A stretch of 63,525 bases of DNA, counting the filler, from Malassezia furfur (lineage: Eukaryota), in the NCBI GenBank assembly GCA_052055015.1. It is 45 parts of 45 records of this genome, joined end to end, with 100 filler letters (N's around TTAATTAATTAA, not from the genome) between each part and the next. Parts side by side here need not be neighbours in the genome. Positions count along the whole stretch, not along the records: positions 47,133 to 48,422 come from JBQJIT010001210.1; positions 48,523 to 49,811 come from JBQJIT010001211.1; positions 49,912 to 51,196 come from JBQJIT010001212.1; positions 51,297 to 52,575 come from JBQJIT010001213.1; positions 52,676 to 53,952 come from JBQJIT010001214.1; positions 54,053 to 55,328 come from JBQJIT010001215.1; positions 55,429 to 56,702 come from JBQJIT010001216.1; positions 56,803 to 58,072 come from JBQJIT010001217.1; 37 more parts are not named here. One strand, 5' to 3'. The notes below the pieces were generated by a model, which was given only the letters and a program-made list of their open reading frames with translations, was not told the origin of the DNA and did not search any database. Below are positions 47,133 to 59,539 of this stretch, in pieces (within the stretch, counting starts at the first letter, position 1; each line of letters opens with the position of its first letter). Both the position numbers and the translations under genes were made by a program.

Positions 47133-48422
47133 CGCCGGACGCGCCGCCGGACCCGCCTGCCGGTGACGCAGCGACGGACGAGCCGGCCCCGATCCCAAAC
47201 CCCGCACCCGCGCCCGACGAGGTGCAGGGTGCCGATGCGCCCGAGGCGCCGGAGCCATCCCAAGCACGGCCGACGTGGCGTGCCGGTGTCCCCATTCCGG
47301 CGCTGCCGAAGCTTGCGTGGCGCTCCGCACCGGCCGCTAATGCGGCGCCTGCGCGCGGCACCAGCCAGGTCCTGCCGAGCTTCGACGAGACGTTTGCGCG
47401 CCCTCCCCGCGTCTGGCCGCCGCACGCGGGCTGGTGGGAGCGGACGGTGGGCGCGGTGCAGGCGTACCTCTTTCCCCCGCGCGACGGCGACGCACGCCGG
47501 CGTACGCGGCTCACCACCTCGCTCCCACGCCAGTCGGAGCGCGGCTCGGCCGCGCCGCATTTGCATGCCGAGCACGAGCAGGCGATGCCGCGTGCCTACC
47601 GTGTGCTGGGGGAGGCCCACGCGGCGTCGCATGCGTATGCGCGCGTGCGCAAGGTGGTGGTGATTGGTGTGCACGGGTGGTATGCGCAGGGCATCTTTAA
47701 GAACGTGATCGGTGCGCCGGTCGGCACGTCGATGCGCTTTGCAACGATGATGGCCGCGAGTGTGCGTGCGCAATTTGCCGAGGCGGGGCATCCGCTGCCC
47801 GACGAGGCCGTGACGCTGATCGCACCTCAGCACGACGGGCGCGTCGAGGACCGCACGCAGGCGTTCTTCGACGCGATCACCGGCAACGAGGCATGGGTGC
47901 AGGCGCTGCGCGAGGCCGATGCGGTGCTGGTGGCGGCGCACAGCCAGGGCGCGGTGGTCGCGACGCTGCTCGTGCACCGCCTGCTGCGCGAGGGCGTGGT
48001 GGATGCACGCCGCGCGCGCGTGTGTGTGCTGAGCATGTGCGGCATCTACCAAGGTCCGTTTGTGCACCTGCAGAGCACGCTGGCGTCGTCGTACATCAAC
48101 TACTTTGAAACGCGCGCCGCGCGCGAGCTGTTCGCCTTCCAGACGTCCGACTCCGCCGTGTCGGTGCAGCATCGCGACGCGTACGCGGCGAACCTCGCGG
48201 CCGGCGTCAAGATGGTGCACGTTGGGTCGATGGACGATAACGTCGTGCCGCTGTACAGCGCGCTATATGCCTCGGCCGCGCACCCGTCGATTCTGCGCGC
48301 CGTGTACGTGGACGGCGTGGCGTTCCCCCGCGCCGACTTCCTCACGAGCCTGCTGGTGCTGTGCGTGGCGGTGCGCAACGGCGGCTTCCACGACCACAAT
48401 CTGCTGACGCTGCTCAGTGCCT
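47133..48422 (+). CDS. YML020W-like alpha/beta-hydrolase domain protein, fragment
   Basis: VVVIGVHGW, G.P.GTSMRFA, AHSQG nucleophile elbow, GSMDDNVVPLYSA...HPSILRAVYVDG. Confidence 0.8.
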
Positions 48423-48522
48423 NNNNNNNNNNNNNNNNNNNNNNNNNNNNNNNNNNNNNNNNNNNNTTAATTAATTAANNNNNNNNNNNNNNNNNNNNNN
48501 NNNNNNNNNNNNNNNNNNNNNN

Positions 48523-49299
48523 GCGCCACGCCGCGAGGAACGCGCCGAGCGGCATGCGCCGCGCCTCGCGCAGCAGGCTCGTGCCGAGGAAGCGCGCAAT
48601 GTCGGCGGTCGCGAGCGCGACGTGCGTCGGCACACCGGTGGGCCGCGGCGGCGCACAGAACCAGTCGCACAGCACGCGCTCCGCGACCTCGGGCCGCGCG
48701 GCCATCTGCAGCGCCGCGAGCGTCGGCGCGTACGGCACGCGCTCCGGCGCACACGCGAGGATCTCGAGCTGGTTCACCAGCACGCGCAGCAGCTCGTGCA
48801 CGAGCGCGGGCGCGACGCGGCGCATGTGCCCGTCGAGGAGGAGGACGTGGTGCGTGCGCAGCGCCTCGGCGAGCTCTGCCTCGCTCGCCTGCACGATCGA
48901 GCGCAGCTCGTGCGGCGTGTAGCGCCGCGCGCCGCCGTCGTCGTAGCCGCCGGTGTACGCGCCGTCGTCGAGGAGCGCCGCGAGGCGGTCGACGCGCGCG
49001 GGCGTCGGCACGCACTCGAGCGTGTCGGTGGCGTTGGCGTGCAGGCGCAGCTGCACGCCGTGCGCGCCCGCGCCGCGCTCCACGCCGCACACGAGCAGGC
49101 TGTTGCTCTGCGACACCTGGCGCACGGCGTACGTGCGCTGCGGCGTCGTGAGCGCCGCCTCGTCGCCCGCACGCCCGTTCAGCACGAGCGGCGGCGCGTC
49201 CGCATGCGGCACAAGGTGCGCCTCGAGCTCCGGCGGGACCTCGAGCAGGCAGTAGGCGCGCGGCGCCGCGGCGGTCACCAGCGGCACGCCGTCGTCCAT
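48523..49299 (-). CDS. DCC1: Sister chromatid cohesion protein Dcc1, N-terminal part
   Basis: YCLLEVPPEL, GRAGDEAALTT..RTYAVRQVSQSNSLLV, VQASEAELAEAL. Confidence 0.9.
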
Positions 49300-49330
49300 C
49301 GCCACGTGGCTTCCTCCGCACTTTCGCACC

Positions 49331-49811
49331 ATGGGGCACGGCGGACGCGCGCACGCCGCGGCGCCGCCCGGCGTGGCGGCCGCCGACGAGGACGCGGTCG
49401 CGTCCGACTCGGACGGCGACGCGGCGCCGGGCAGCGCCGACGGCGAGGGCGTGTGGGAGCAGGCGTTCTGCATCGTGTGCAACTGCCTCATCGAGCCCGA
49501 CGACGCCGCCGCCGCCGCCGCCGACGCCGACGCCCGCTCCGCCGACGCCGACGACGGCGCATGGGAGGCCGCGGCGGTGTCCAAGGTGCCAATCCACGCA
49601 CGCGTGCACGCCGCACGCCGCACGCCGCGCACCACGCACAGCGACGCGCCACACCGCGCGCCCCTCTTTTGCTCCGACGAGTGCCGCCGCGCCGACGAGG
49701 CGCGCGCCGAGCACCTCACCGAGCTCGTGCAGTACATGGCGCCGCTCACCGACGGCGTGCGGCGCACGTCGCAGCCGTCGTACGCGCACCACAGCGGCTC
49801 GCTGGGCGCCA
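49331..49811 (+). CDS. Ecl1-family (life-span regulator) zinc-binding protein, N-terminal part
   Basis: FCIVCNCLI ... LFCSDECRRADE with a long insertion between the two Cys pairs. Confidence 0.65.
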
Positions 49812-49911
49812 NNNNNNNNNNNNNNNNNNNNNNNNNNNNNNNNNNNNNNNNNNNNTTAATTAATTAANNNNNNNNNNNNNNNNNNNNNNNNNNNNNNNNN
49901 NNNNNNNNNNN

Positions 49912-51196
49912 CTCGCCCGCGTCCCCGGGGGCACCGCGCGCCGCGCCGCCGCTCCCTGCCGCGCTCACCGACGTGCCGCTCGACGACGTGCGTGCGGTGC
50001 CGCTCTATGGCCGCCACGACCTCGATACCCTCTTTTCCCCCGCGCCGTTTGACGGCAAAGAGACCGAGCTGAACTGGCAGCCGCGCGAGCGCGCGGTGCT
50101 GGCGCTGCGCGGCGCGCTCAAAGGCGGCGTTCCCCCAGAGCTGCACGCGCCGTGGGTGGCACACGTGCGGCCGTTCCAGGAGCCGATGCTCAAGGCGCTC
50201 GGCTCGCTGCGGACGACGCTGGCAATGCACGCCATCCACCTCGTGCGCCAGCTGGTGCTGGCGTTCCGTGCAGAGCTGGAGCCAACGCTCGATGCGTGGT
50301 TCGTCGCGCTGATCCGCATGGCGGGCATGACGAAGAAGATGGTGGCCTCAGCGAGCCAGCTCGCGGTGGCCACCATCCTCGCGGTGGTGCCGCTGCGCGG
50401 CCTGCACTGGCACCAGCTGCAGCTCGGCATGGGCGACAAGAACAGCGCGACGCGCGTGCACATGGGCAAGCACCTGCACACCGTGCTGCAGACGCAGCGG
50501 CGCGCGGCGCTCGAGGCACACGGAGGCGTCGACGCGATGATGCACTGCTTCGACAAGGTGCTCGCCGACCCGAACGTCGAGGTGCGCACCGTCGCGCGCG
50601 AGACGTTCGTCCTCTTCCACGCGCAGTGGCCGGCGCACGCCGCGCGCGTCCTGGACGCCCTGCCGCCGCCCGCGCGGAAGCAGACCGCGGCACTCCTCGA
50701 GAAGCCCGCGCCGAAACGCGCGGCACGCACCGCCGCCGGGCCCTCGTCCACGGTGCTCGCCGCGAAGCACGCGGCGATCCAGGCGCAGTCGCCGCGCCGC
50801 GACGCCGCCGAGGCCCGTGCGCCGCGCCCGTCGGTGTGGCATCCGAGCCTGGTGGAGGGCGGCGGTGCGCCGTTCGGCGCCGCGGACGCCTCGGGCGACT
50901 GGCTGCACGCCGCGAGTCCGTGGCGCGCACAAGGCGCCAGCGCGGTGCCCCACACGCCGCAGCGCGCCGCGCCGCAGTTTGCGTTCGCGCCGGGCGGCGC
51001 GACGTTTTCGCCCTCGACCGAGCCCATTTCCGCCGAGGCACGCCGCGCCGCGCAGGACGCCACGGCCTCAGCAACGCAGCTCTCGGGGATGATGGCACAG
51101 CTACGTGTTGAGGTACAGGAGCAGGGCGAGCCCGCGGGCGGCAAGGCGCCACCGCCCGCGCCGCCCTTGCCCGCGGTGGAGGCGGCGCGTCCCGAC
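49912..51196 (+). CDS. STU1: CLASP family microtubule regulator, TOG domain fragment
   Basis: FDGKETELNWQPRE, SLRTTL, TKKMVA, DKN...R, LADPNVEVR..ARETF. Confidence 0.9.
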
Positions 51197-51296
51197 NNNN
51201 NNNNNNNNNNNNNNNNNNNNNNNNNNNNNNNNNNNNNNNNTTAATTAATTAANNNNNNNNNNNNNNNNNNNNNNNNNNNNNNNNNNNNNNNNNNNN

Positions 51297-52575
51297 GCGG
51301 CCTGCGCCTCGGCACGAGCCGCGTCGGCGTCGGCCTGCGCGGCCTCACACGCCGCGCGCCACTCGTCGGCGTCGGCGCGCGCGACGTCGGCATCGGCACG
51401 CGCCTCGTCCGCCTCGGCACGGAGCACCTCGAGCTCGGCACGCACCTCGGCGATCGCAATCTGCACCTCGCGCACCTCGGCACGCGCATCGTCGGCCTCC
51501 GCCAGGGCCTCTTCGGCGCGCAGGCGCGCGGCCGTCAGCTCCTCCTGCAGCGCATGCACCGCGTCGTGGTGCGCCTCGCGCGCGAGACGCAGCTCCTTGC
51601 GCAGCGACGCGAGCTCTGCATGGTGCGCCAGGTCGGACGACGCGCCCGGCGTCCACGCCACGGCGCCGGCGCTGCGTGCGGGCAGGTCGCTCATGCGCGG
51701 CCCCCGGCGCGGGGACGCCGCTACGTCGTCGACGCGCAGGTGGCTGCGCTGCGGCGTCTCGGCGGCGACGTTGCGGCTCGTGAGGATGAGCCGCGTGAGG
51801 TGGTCGATCTGCGCCTTGAGGCCCTGGCGCGTCTCGCGCAAGTCGGCGACCTGCTGCGCCTCGGCCGCATGCTCGCTGCGCAGCGCCTCGAGGTCCGCGG
51901 CGCGCCGGGGAGGGGTATGGGGCGGCGAGTCGGACGACGGCGGGGCACTGGCGCCCGCGCTCGCCTCGAGCCGCGCGCGCAGCGTGTCGAGCTCGCGGCG
52001 GTACTGCTCGAGGAGCGCCTTGTCGTCGACGGTGACGTGCTTCTGTGCCTTGGTCACCACCATCTTGCACCGCCGCCCGAACTTGAGCGTGGACAGCGTC
52101 TCTTGCGCGGCGCTGCTCTCCTGCGCAATGGTGCAGATCACCGCGACGCGCGCGTCGCCGCTCAGCGACGTCTGCAGCAGGCGCGTCAGCTTCGAGTCGC
52201 GGTAGGGGATGTGCGCGTCGGCGTGCGCCGCCGGCTCGGTGAGCTTCGCAATCACCGTGCCGAGCGTCAGGAGCGACTTGTTGATGTACGCGGCCTCCTT
52301 GCGGCGCGCCAGCTCGCTCGCCGCCCGCTCGCTGCCGGCCAGGTCGATCAGGTTCAGCTGCGAGACACGCACGCCGCCCTGCGCCGCCTCGCGGCTCTCG
52401 ATCGTGAGCTGAAAGACGGAGTGCGAGCGCGAGCTGCGCGTGTTCCAGTCGGTCGCGCCCACATGCCGCGCCGCCTCGCCGCGCTCGAGCAGCGCCAGGA
52501 CCTCGGCAGGGGTCGTGACGACCTCTTCGTGCAGGTTCGCGAGCGTGATGCGCCCGCGCTCCTCGACGATGCGCG
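51297..52575 (-). CDS. Kinesin-7 (Kip2/CENP-E-like) motor C-terminal half and coiled coil
   Basis: GATDWNTRSSRSHSVF, LNLIDLAGSERA, INKSLLTLGTVI.KL, HIPYRDSKLTRLLQTSLSG, IDHLTRLILTS. Confidence 0.9.
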
Positions 52576-52675
52576 NNNNNNNNNNNNNNNNNNNNNNNNN
52601 NNNNNNNNNNNNNNNNNNNTTAATTAATTAANNNNNNNNNNNNNNNNNNNNNNNNNNNNNNNNNNNNNNNNNNNN

Positions 52676-53952
52676 CCGCCACGCCGGTGCGGGCGCCGGC
52701 ATCCGAGTCCGCAGCGCCTGCCCCCCTTGCGGCGGCGGGTTCGGCCACTGCGTCCGACACCACGTCGCCCGATGCGGCGCCGAACATGCTGCTCGAGCTG
52801 AGCCTCGACGAGGAGCGCATCGTGTACGTGAGCCCAACCTGGACGCGAGTCGTGGGCACCGACCCGGCGGCGCTGCTCGACGTGCCCATCGCACATCTGC
52901 TCTCGGCGCGGAGTGCCACCATCTTTGCGCGCGCCACCAAGCAGCTGCGCGAGAACGCATGGCACACGGTGGAGCTTGTGTGCGAGGTGGTGCGGCTGCC
53001 CGGTAACGAGACGCCTGCGCGCCCTCTGCCGCTCGTGCTCGAGGCGCAGGGGATGCTGGTGCACCACCGTGCGCCTCCCGAGCCATCGCATACGATGTGG
53101 GTACTGCGCGTGAGCGACCCTGCGGCGGGTGAGCGGTCGATGCAGCAGCCGCAGCTGAGCCAGCCGGCGACCAACGTGCCGCTGGCGACCGCCGCGCTGC
53201 ACACCGAGCTGCTGCTGTGCCGCATCTGCGAGCGCGAGGTGCCCGCGTGGTTCTTTGCGAAGCACTCCGAGATCTGCCACGAGATTCACCGTCTCGAGCT
53301 AGAGATTGGCACGATCAATGAGGTGCTTTTAGAGCTGAGCGAGTCGGCGCGTGCGCTGCTTACGCGCCTGGAGAGCGACCCTGCCTCTACCTCGGTGGCG
53401 CACGCCGAGCGCGCGACGCGCGGCGCGCATGACATGGTGTACCGCGGACAGGTGCTGACGCTCCCACCCGCAACGAGCGTGCCGTCGGCGCTGGAGGGCG
53501 TCGCCAAGGCCGTACCGCTGGAGCGCGCCGCGTCGCGTGCGCATGCCGTCAAGCAGGCCGCGCATCTCGTCGAGGCGGCGCTCTCTCTGCTCGACACGGC
53601 CATGTCGATCTCGACGCCGGGCGTGCGCGACGATGCGCCCGAGGACTGGACACAGCTCTTGTCGCCGCGCTCGGAGCGCCACGTCGAGGCGCTGCGCACA
53701 TGGCGCCTGCCGCGCACGCAGGACACGGCGCTGCGCATGCTCGCCGACGACGTGCAGGAGGCGGCGACGAACAAGGTGCACGCCGTGAACCGGATGCGGA
53801 ACACGATCGTCTATGTAGAGACGGTGCGCATGGAGAGCGAGCAGCGCGTCGCTGAGCTCCTCAACGGCGGCGGCGCCACCCTGGTTGAGGAAGCGTTGGC
53901 CGACGCACCCGGCAACGTGCCGAACGCGGCGCCCACCGAGACGCCCGCCGAG
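52676..53952 (+). CDS. RIM15: Rim15/Cek1 kinase, N-terminal PAS and zinc-finger region
   Basis: PAS (LELSLD..IVYVSPTW..VVG; LEAQGML...PSHTMWV) and CRICER.VPAWFF.KHSE.C.E.HR; K..AVNRMRNTI.Y.E. Confidence 0.88.
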
Positions 53953-54052
53953 NNNNNNNNNNNNNNNNNNNNNNNNNNNNNNNNNNNNNNNNNNNNTTAA
54001 TTAATTAANNNNNNNNNNNNNNNNNNNNNNNNNNNNNNNNNNNNNNNNNNNN

Positions 54053-55328
54053 CCACCGTCGGGGGACCCGGGGGGGCGGCGGGCGTCGACGCCCCCGCCG
54101 CCGACGGCGACCAGGACGGCGGCGCACGCTCGACGGGCTGAAGCGTCGGCGGCTGCGTCGATGCCGGCGGCACGACCAGCGGCTCGCTGGGCGGCGGCGG
54201 CACCGACGTCGGCGCCGGCGCCGAGGCACCAGCGCTGCCTAGCGGCTGCGACGCGACGCTCGTGCGGTTCGAGTCGACGTCCGCCTCGCCGGGGAAGCCG
54301 CCGGGGAGCGAGATGCCCTCCTTGGTCTCGGACGAGGCCGCACTGCGCACGGGCGCCGAAGTGGGTGTCGCGACCGGCACCGGCACGGCGATGGGCGCCG
54401 GCGGAGTCCGCTCGCCGGGCGCGTACGTCTCGGCGGCGGGACGCGCACTGTCGACGTCCTCGGGGCCCTCCTCGTCCTCGTCCGAGGACTCGGTGGGGTC
54501 GACGACCGAGGTGGTGGAGGCCGCTGCGTCGTTGTACACGCCGTACTGCGACTCAAACGTGCCGCGCGCGGCGCTCGGCTCGCTCGCGGGCACCTGCGTC
54601 GCGGCGAGCGCCTCGAACGGGTTGTAGCGCGTGCTGCCCGGCGTCGCGACACCCGTGGGCGTCGCGCCCGATGAACCGACGTCGCGCGTCGGCTCGGTGG
54701 GCATCGCACGCACCGACTCGTGCTCGGCCTGCGCCGTAGCGAGCTGCTTGGAGGCGATCGCCGCGAGACCCGCGTGCTGCCGAGCCTCCTTGGCGATGCG
54801 TTCCTTTTCCTCGCGCATGCGCGCCGTCTCGCTCTGGAGCTCGGCGAGCTGGCGCTTGGTCTCGCGCAGCGACTCGCGGTCCTGGAGCAGCTTCTGCTCC
54901 AACTCGTCCTTCTGCGTGCGCGCCGCACTGAGCTCGCTCTCGGTACGGATCACCTCCTGGCGCAGCGCATCCAGCTCGGTCGTCTGCGACTGCACGCGCT
55001 CCTCAAGCTCGCGCACCGCCGCCGACTCCGACTCGTGCTCGGTGCGCGCACGCGCAAGCTGCGCCTCGAGCTCCTGCAGCGACGTCGCGTTGCGCGCCGC
55101 CGTCGATTCGGCCGTGGCGCGGCGCGTCTTGAGCTCGTCGAGCGACTTGGTCGTGCTCTCGAGCGCGTTCTGTGCATTGCCGACGTCCGCGCCGGTGCTC
55201 ACCGGCGTCGGCGCGTCAAAGTCGTCATCGAACGCGTTGAACGCGGTGGCCGCACGCGACGGCGTCGCCGAGGGCGCCGCCGAGGGCGCCGCCGCCGCCG
55301 ACGTCGTCGTAGGCGCACGGGTCGCAGG
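54053..55328 (-). CDS. Ede1/Eps15-like endocytic scaffold, coiled-coil and Pro-rich region
   Basis: DVGNAQNALEST...LRQEVIRTESELSA.R.QKDELEQ...ARQHAGL.AI..KQL, NPF, LPGGFP. Confidence 0.7.
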
Positions 55329-55428
55329 NNNNNNNNNNNNNNNNNNNNNNNNNNNNNNNNNNNNNNNNNNNNTTAATTAATTAANNNNNNNNNNNNNNNN
55401 NNNNNNNNNNNNNNNNNNNNNNNNNNNN

Positions 55429-56702
55429 ATCCACCGCTTTGCCGGCGCCTTTGTCGACCCTGCTCTTGGTGCGGCAAGCGCAATCAATTACTGGATCATG
55501 ATGGTTTCGATGCTGTGCCTGGAGGTCAATGCACTGACAAGTGTGCTGTTGTACTGGGTCGACGAGAGTAACGAGCATATGCTAAATATTCTTATGCCGT
55601 TCCTTGTGCTAGGCTCCTACTTTTTGCTGAATATCCGGGACTCGCGCTGGTTTGGTGAGGTGGAATTCTGGATCGGCCTCTGCAAGATCGTTACGGCTGT
55701 TGGTCTGCTGATTATGACCGTGTTCCTGATGTGCGGTGCCAATCCCAAGTTGGATTCGTTTGGCTTCCGTTACTGGGTGCATCCAGCGCCAATGAATGAG
55801 TATCTCTTTTCAGGAGGAAAAGGGCGGTTTTGTGGCGTACTCGCAGCCATCATTAACGCCGCATGGACCTTCCAGGGACCAGACATGGTGTCAATTATTG
55901 CAGGCGAGGCACGCAACCCACGTAAGGTTATTCCTAAGGCGTTCAAGACAGTGTATGTGCGTCTGACGGTCTTCTTTATCGGTTCGGCCATCGCTGTTGG
56001 CATTCTTGTGCCGTACAACGACGAGATCTTGAACGATGCCATCCAGAAGAGCCTGCCCGGTGGCTCGCGTACTGCGTGGGTGCGTGCGTTGAACCGCCTC
56101 GACATCCCTGTGCTGCCCCATATTATTAACGCGGTTATTTTCACCAGCATCTACTCCGCTGGTAATGCCATGACGTTTGCCGGCTCGCGTTCGCTGCTCG
56201 GCATGGCGATGGAGAAAAAGTTGCCCAAGATCTTTACGTGGACAAACCGCAATGGTGTGCCATACGTTGCAGTCGTTGCGACGCTCTCGATTGGTCTGCT
56301 CTCTTTCCTGCAAGTGTCTAAGGGTTCGAGCCAGGCGCTCTTTTACTTTATTGATGTGTCCACCTGCTCGCTCCTCGTGACATGGGTGATTGTTGCCGTA
56401 TCACATCTGTGCTGGCGCCGTGCGATTGCCAAGCAAAACTTCCCGCTGAGCAGCCTGCCGTACGCGTCCAAGCTCGCGCCCTACACTACCTATTATGCGA
56501 TCGCCAACGGCACGCTTGTACTTCTCATCTGCGGCTGGGACATTTTCATCAAGGGCCGTTGGGACCCCGTGATCTTTGTGCCGCAATACTTTGCGCTTGG
56601 CATGGTCGTCTTCTTTTACTTCTTCTACAAGGTTCTCCAGCGCACCAAGATTGTCCGCCCATCTACACTCGACATCTCGCACGGTATTGGCGAGCTGATT
56701 GC
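55429..56702 (+). CDS. Amino acid permease (YAT/APC family), fragment
   Basis: FGEVEFW...CKI, FGFRYWVHP, AGEARNPRKVIPKA, HIINAVIFTS.YSAGN, NRNGVPYVA; multiple TM helices. Confidence 0.93.
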
Positions 56703-56802
56703 NNNNNNNNNNNNNNNNNNNNNNNNNNNNNNNNNNNNNNNNNNNNTTAATTAATTAANNNNNNNNNNNNNNNNNNNNNNNNNNNNNNNNNNNNNNNNNN
56801 NN

Positions 56803-57959
56803 CGAGCCCTGCGCCTGCCGCCGGCACGGCGGCATCTGCGCCGCCCGCGAGCCAGGCACCCGCTGCGCCGCCCGCGTCCAAGAACCCCGAGGAGTGGTCG
56901 GTGGACGAGGTGCTCGCGTGGGCCAAGGGCAAGGGCTACGACCCACAGACCATCGACAAGCTCGCTGAGCACGAGATCAGTGGCGATGCGCTGCTTGCGA
57001 TGGACATCAACCTGCTGAAAGAGATCGACATTGTGGCGTTTGGCCGGCGCTTCCACCTGGCCAACGGAATCAAGGAGCTGCGTGCGCAGGCGGCCGGCGA
57101 GGCGCCGCCGCCGTCGACGCACGTCTCGCCCGTGCCGCCGTCGAGCTCGTTTGCGACGGCAGGTGCGTCTGCGCCGCTCTCGGCGCCCGTGTCGGCGACG
57201 GGCTCGTCGGTGCCGACGCCGACGCCGCCCGTCTCGGCGCCGTTCTGGTCGCCGTCGATGTCGACGCAGCCGACGCTGCCGAGCTCGGCGTCGGTGCGGG
57301 AGGCGCCCATGACCTCGCCGACGTCCGAGTGGAGTACGCACCACCTCGACACGCCCGCGTCGTCGTACACGGGCGGCGGCGCGGCGCGTGCCGAGCCGCT
57401 GTATCTCTCCGGCTCGCAGCTCGGTGCCAACTTTACGCTCGCACCGCCCGCACACTTTGCGGCGGCGGGCAAGGCGCCCGAGGAGCCGACGATCCGTGCA
57501 GTGCCCCCCGTGATGCCGTCGTACCTGGCGGCGACCGCGACGCCGCCCAAGCCCGCGGCGCCCACGGCCGCTCCAGCAGCCACCGTGTCGCCGACCGCCG
57601 CCGCGGCGGTGCCGTCGCCGATGCTTACGAGCCCCACGCGCGGCGCGGAGCCGCCGAGCGCCCCACCAAGCACCGCAACGCCCGAGTCGGCGGCGCAACG
57701 TGCGGCGGCGCACCCGGCAGCCGAACCGCTGCAGGCCCCTGCCGAGCGCCCTGCGCGGCAGCCGTCCGCGTCGAGCTCCTCGTCGCGCCTGCTGCACTTC
57801 CCCGAGATGGGCCGCAACCTGTTTTCGCCGCGCAAGGAGGCGCGCGTGCCGGACGACGGTGGCAAGGCGGCGCGGGCGAGCGCGGTGCCGAGCAAGGCGC
57901 AGATCTCGCTGCCCACGAGCAACGCCAACTTTGCCGCCGCGGGCGCCGGTGCCGTCTGA
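56803..57959 (+). CDS. Boi1/Boi2/Pob1-like polarity protein, SAM domain fragment; 3' end probably chimeric
   Basis: PEEWSVDEVLAW...EHEISGDALLAMDINLLKEIDIVAFGRRF (SAM); the expected PH domain is absent. Confidence 0.75.
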
Positions 57960-58172
57960 CCAAACGCGCCGTGGGCGGGTGCGTTAGCGGCTGCGCCGCC
58001 GCACGAGAAGCCGCCCGGCGTCTGTTCCGGTGCCTTGGTGCCAAACAGGTTGGCCGGGGGCTGGGCTGCGGGNNNNNNNNNNNNNNNNNNNNNNNNNNNN
58101 NNNNNNNNNNNNNNNNTTAATTAATTAANNNNNNNNNNNNNNNNNNNNNNNNNNNNNNNNNNNNNNNNNNNN

Positions 58173-59370
58173 TGGGCGGTGGCGCGGGTGGCGACGCCTT
58201 GTCGCGGCGCGAGGCGGGGCGGATGCGGTGCGGCCCGCCGGGGCCGCGCATGTCCCAGTGGTCCCAGTTTTCCATGATGCCGAGCACCTCGCCCCACTGT
58301 GCGCTGCCGACGCTCACGAGCCCGTCGTTGCCGTGCAGCTTGCCGTGGAGGTTCTGGCTGCTGCCGTCGTACTGGGCGCCGCTGGTGTCCGACTCGGCGG
58401 CCTTGTCGAGGATGAGCTTGGGCAGCCACAGGGGGTGGAAGAGCGAGATGTCCGGCGTGCGTGCCGCGACGCTGAAGTAGCGGACGTGCGGGTCGTCGCG
58501 CATGCGCGGGTTGAAGAGGCCCGTCATGTACTTGGTCGAGAGCATGGCGTACGCCGGCTGGTCAAAGATGGACAGGATGTAGGAGGAGAGCGTGCTCGAC
58601 ACCGACGTGAGGGCGCGCGTGAGCGTCGACATGCCCGGCACGGTGCCCGACGCCTCGTTGATGCGCTCCTTGGCCTCCTCCTTGCGGCGGAGGAGCGGCT
58701 CCTTGAGGCTGTACGGCAGCGGGCGCTTGGGCGCCTCGGGCGGCTGCACGTCCTGCTCGTGCATCATCTTGTCGATCAGGTCGAGGCCGACGCCGATGTT
58801 CGCGTTGCACCAGTCCATGAACGGGCTGCCGCGGTGCGGCGTCGCGAGCGTCGTGAGCGACGCGGGCGTGTACTCGGTCGGCTGGATGCGCGAGATGATG
58901 TAGCGCACGTCCAGGCCGCCCATGCTGTGCCCGACAAAGTTGAGGCGCGCGCCGCGCGCGCCGCTCTCGGCGCTGCACAGCCACGCGTGCAGCGACTCGG
59001 CGCGCTCCTTGATCGAGCCGGTGGGCGGCACGCCGTGCACGAGCACCTCGGCGCCGATGCGCTTGCGCAGCACGTCGAGCGCCGCCGACCAGTACTGGTA
59101 CTCGAGGCCGAGGAACGGGCCGCGCACGTCGAAGCCGTACAGCCCGTGGCACAAAACGATCGGCAGCCGCGGCGTGCGCACGGGGTCAAAGAGCAGCGGG
59201 TGGTGCATGAGCTGCGCGAGCTTGCTCCCTTCGGAGGGGTGCGGCGCCGACTTTTTGGGGGGCGGCGTGCGTGGCGCGGCGTCGCGCCGCACCGCACACG
59301 TCGTGAGCGTGCGTGTGCGCCGGCGGGCGCGTGCGCCGCCTGCGCCGCGCGGGCGCGCTGCAGTCCGCAT
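58173..59370 (-). CDS. Tgl2-like triacylglycerol lipase with probable mitochondrial presequence
   Basis: PIVLCHGLYGF, GHSMGGLD.RY, LTTLATPHRGSPFMDW, NDGLVSV.SA.WG, DHWD; Arg-rich N-terminus. Confidence 0.9.
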
Positions 59371-59539
59371 CCTGGCGGGGGGGACGAGAAGAAGTCGGTT
59401 GGGCACGTGCGCCGCGGCGCGTGGCGGTCTGGGGTCGGGNNNNNNNNNNNNNNNNNNNNNNNNNNNNNNNNNNNNNNNNNNNNTTAATTAATTAANNNNN
59501 NNNNNNNNNNNNNNNNNNNNNNNNNNNNNNNNNNNNNNN

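Noticed and set aside
51300..51510. 21-bp-period repeats (ADEARAD-like) in the kinesin contig
   Set aside because: Ordinary heptad coiled-coil coding repeats.
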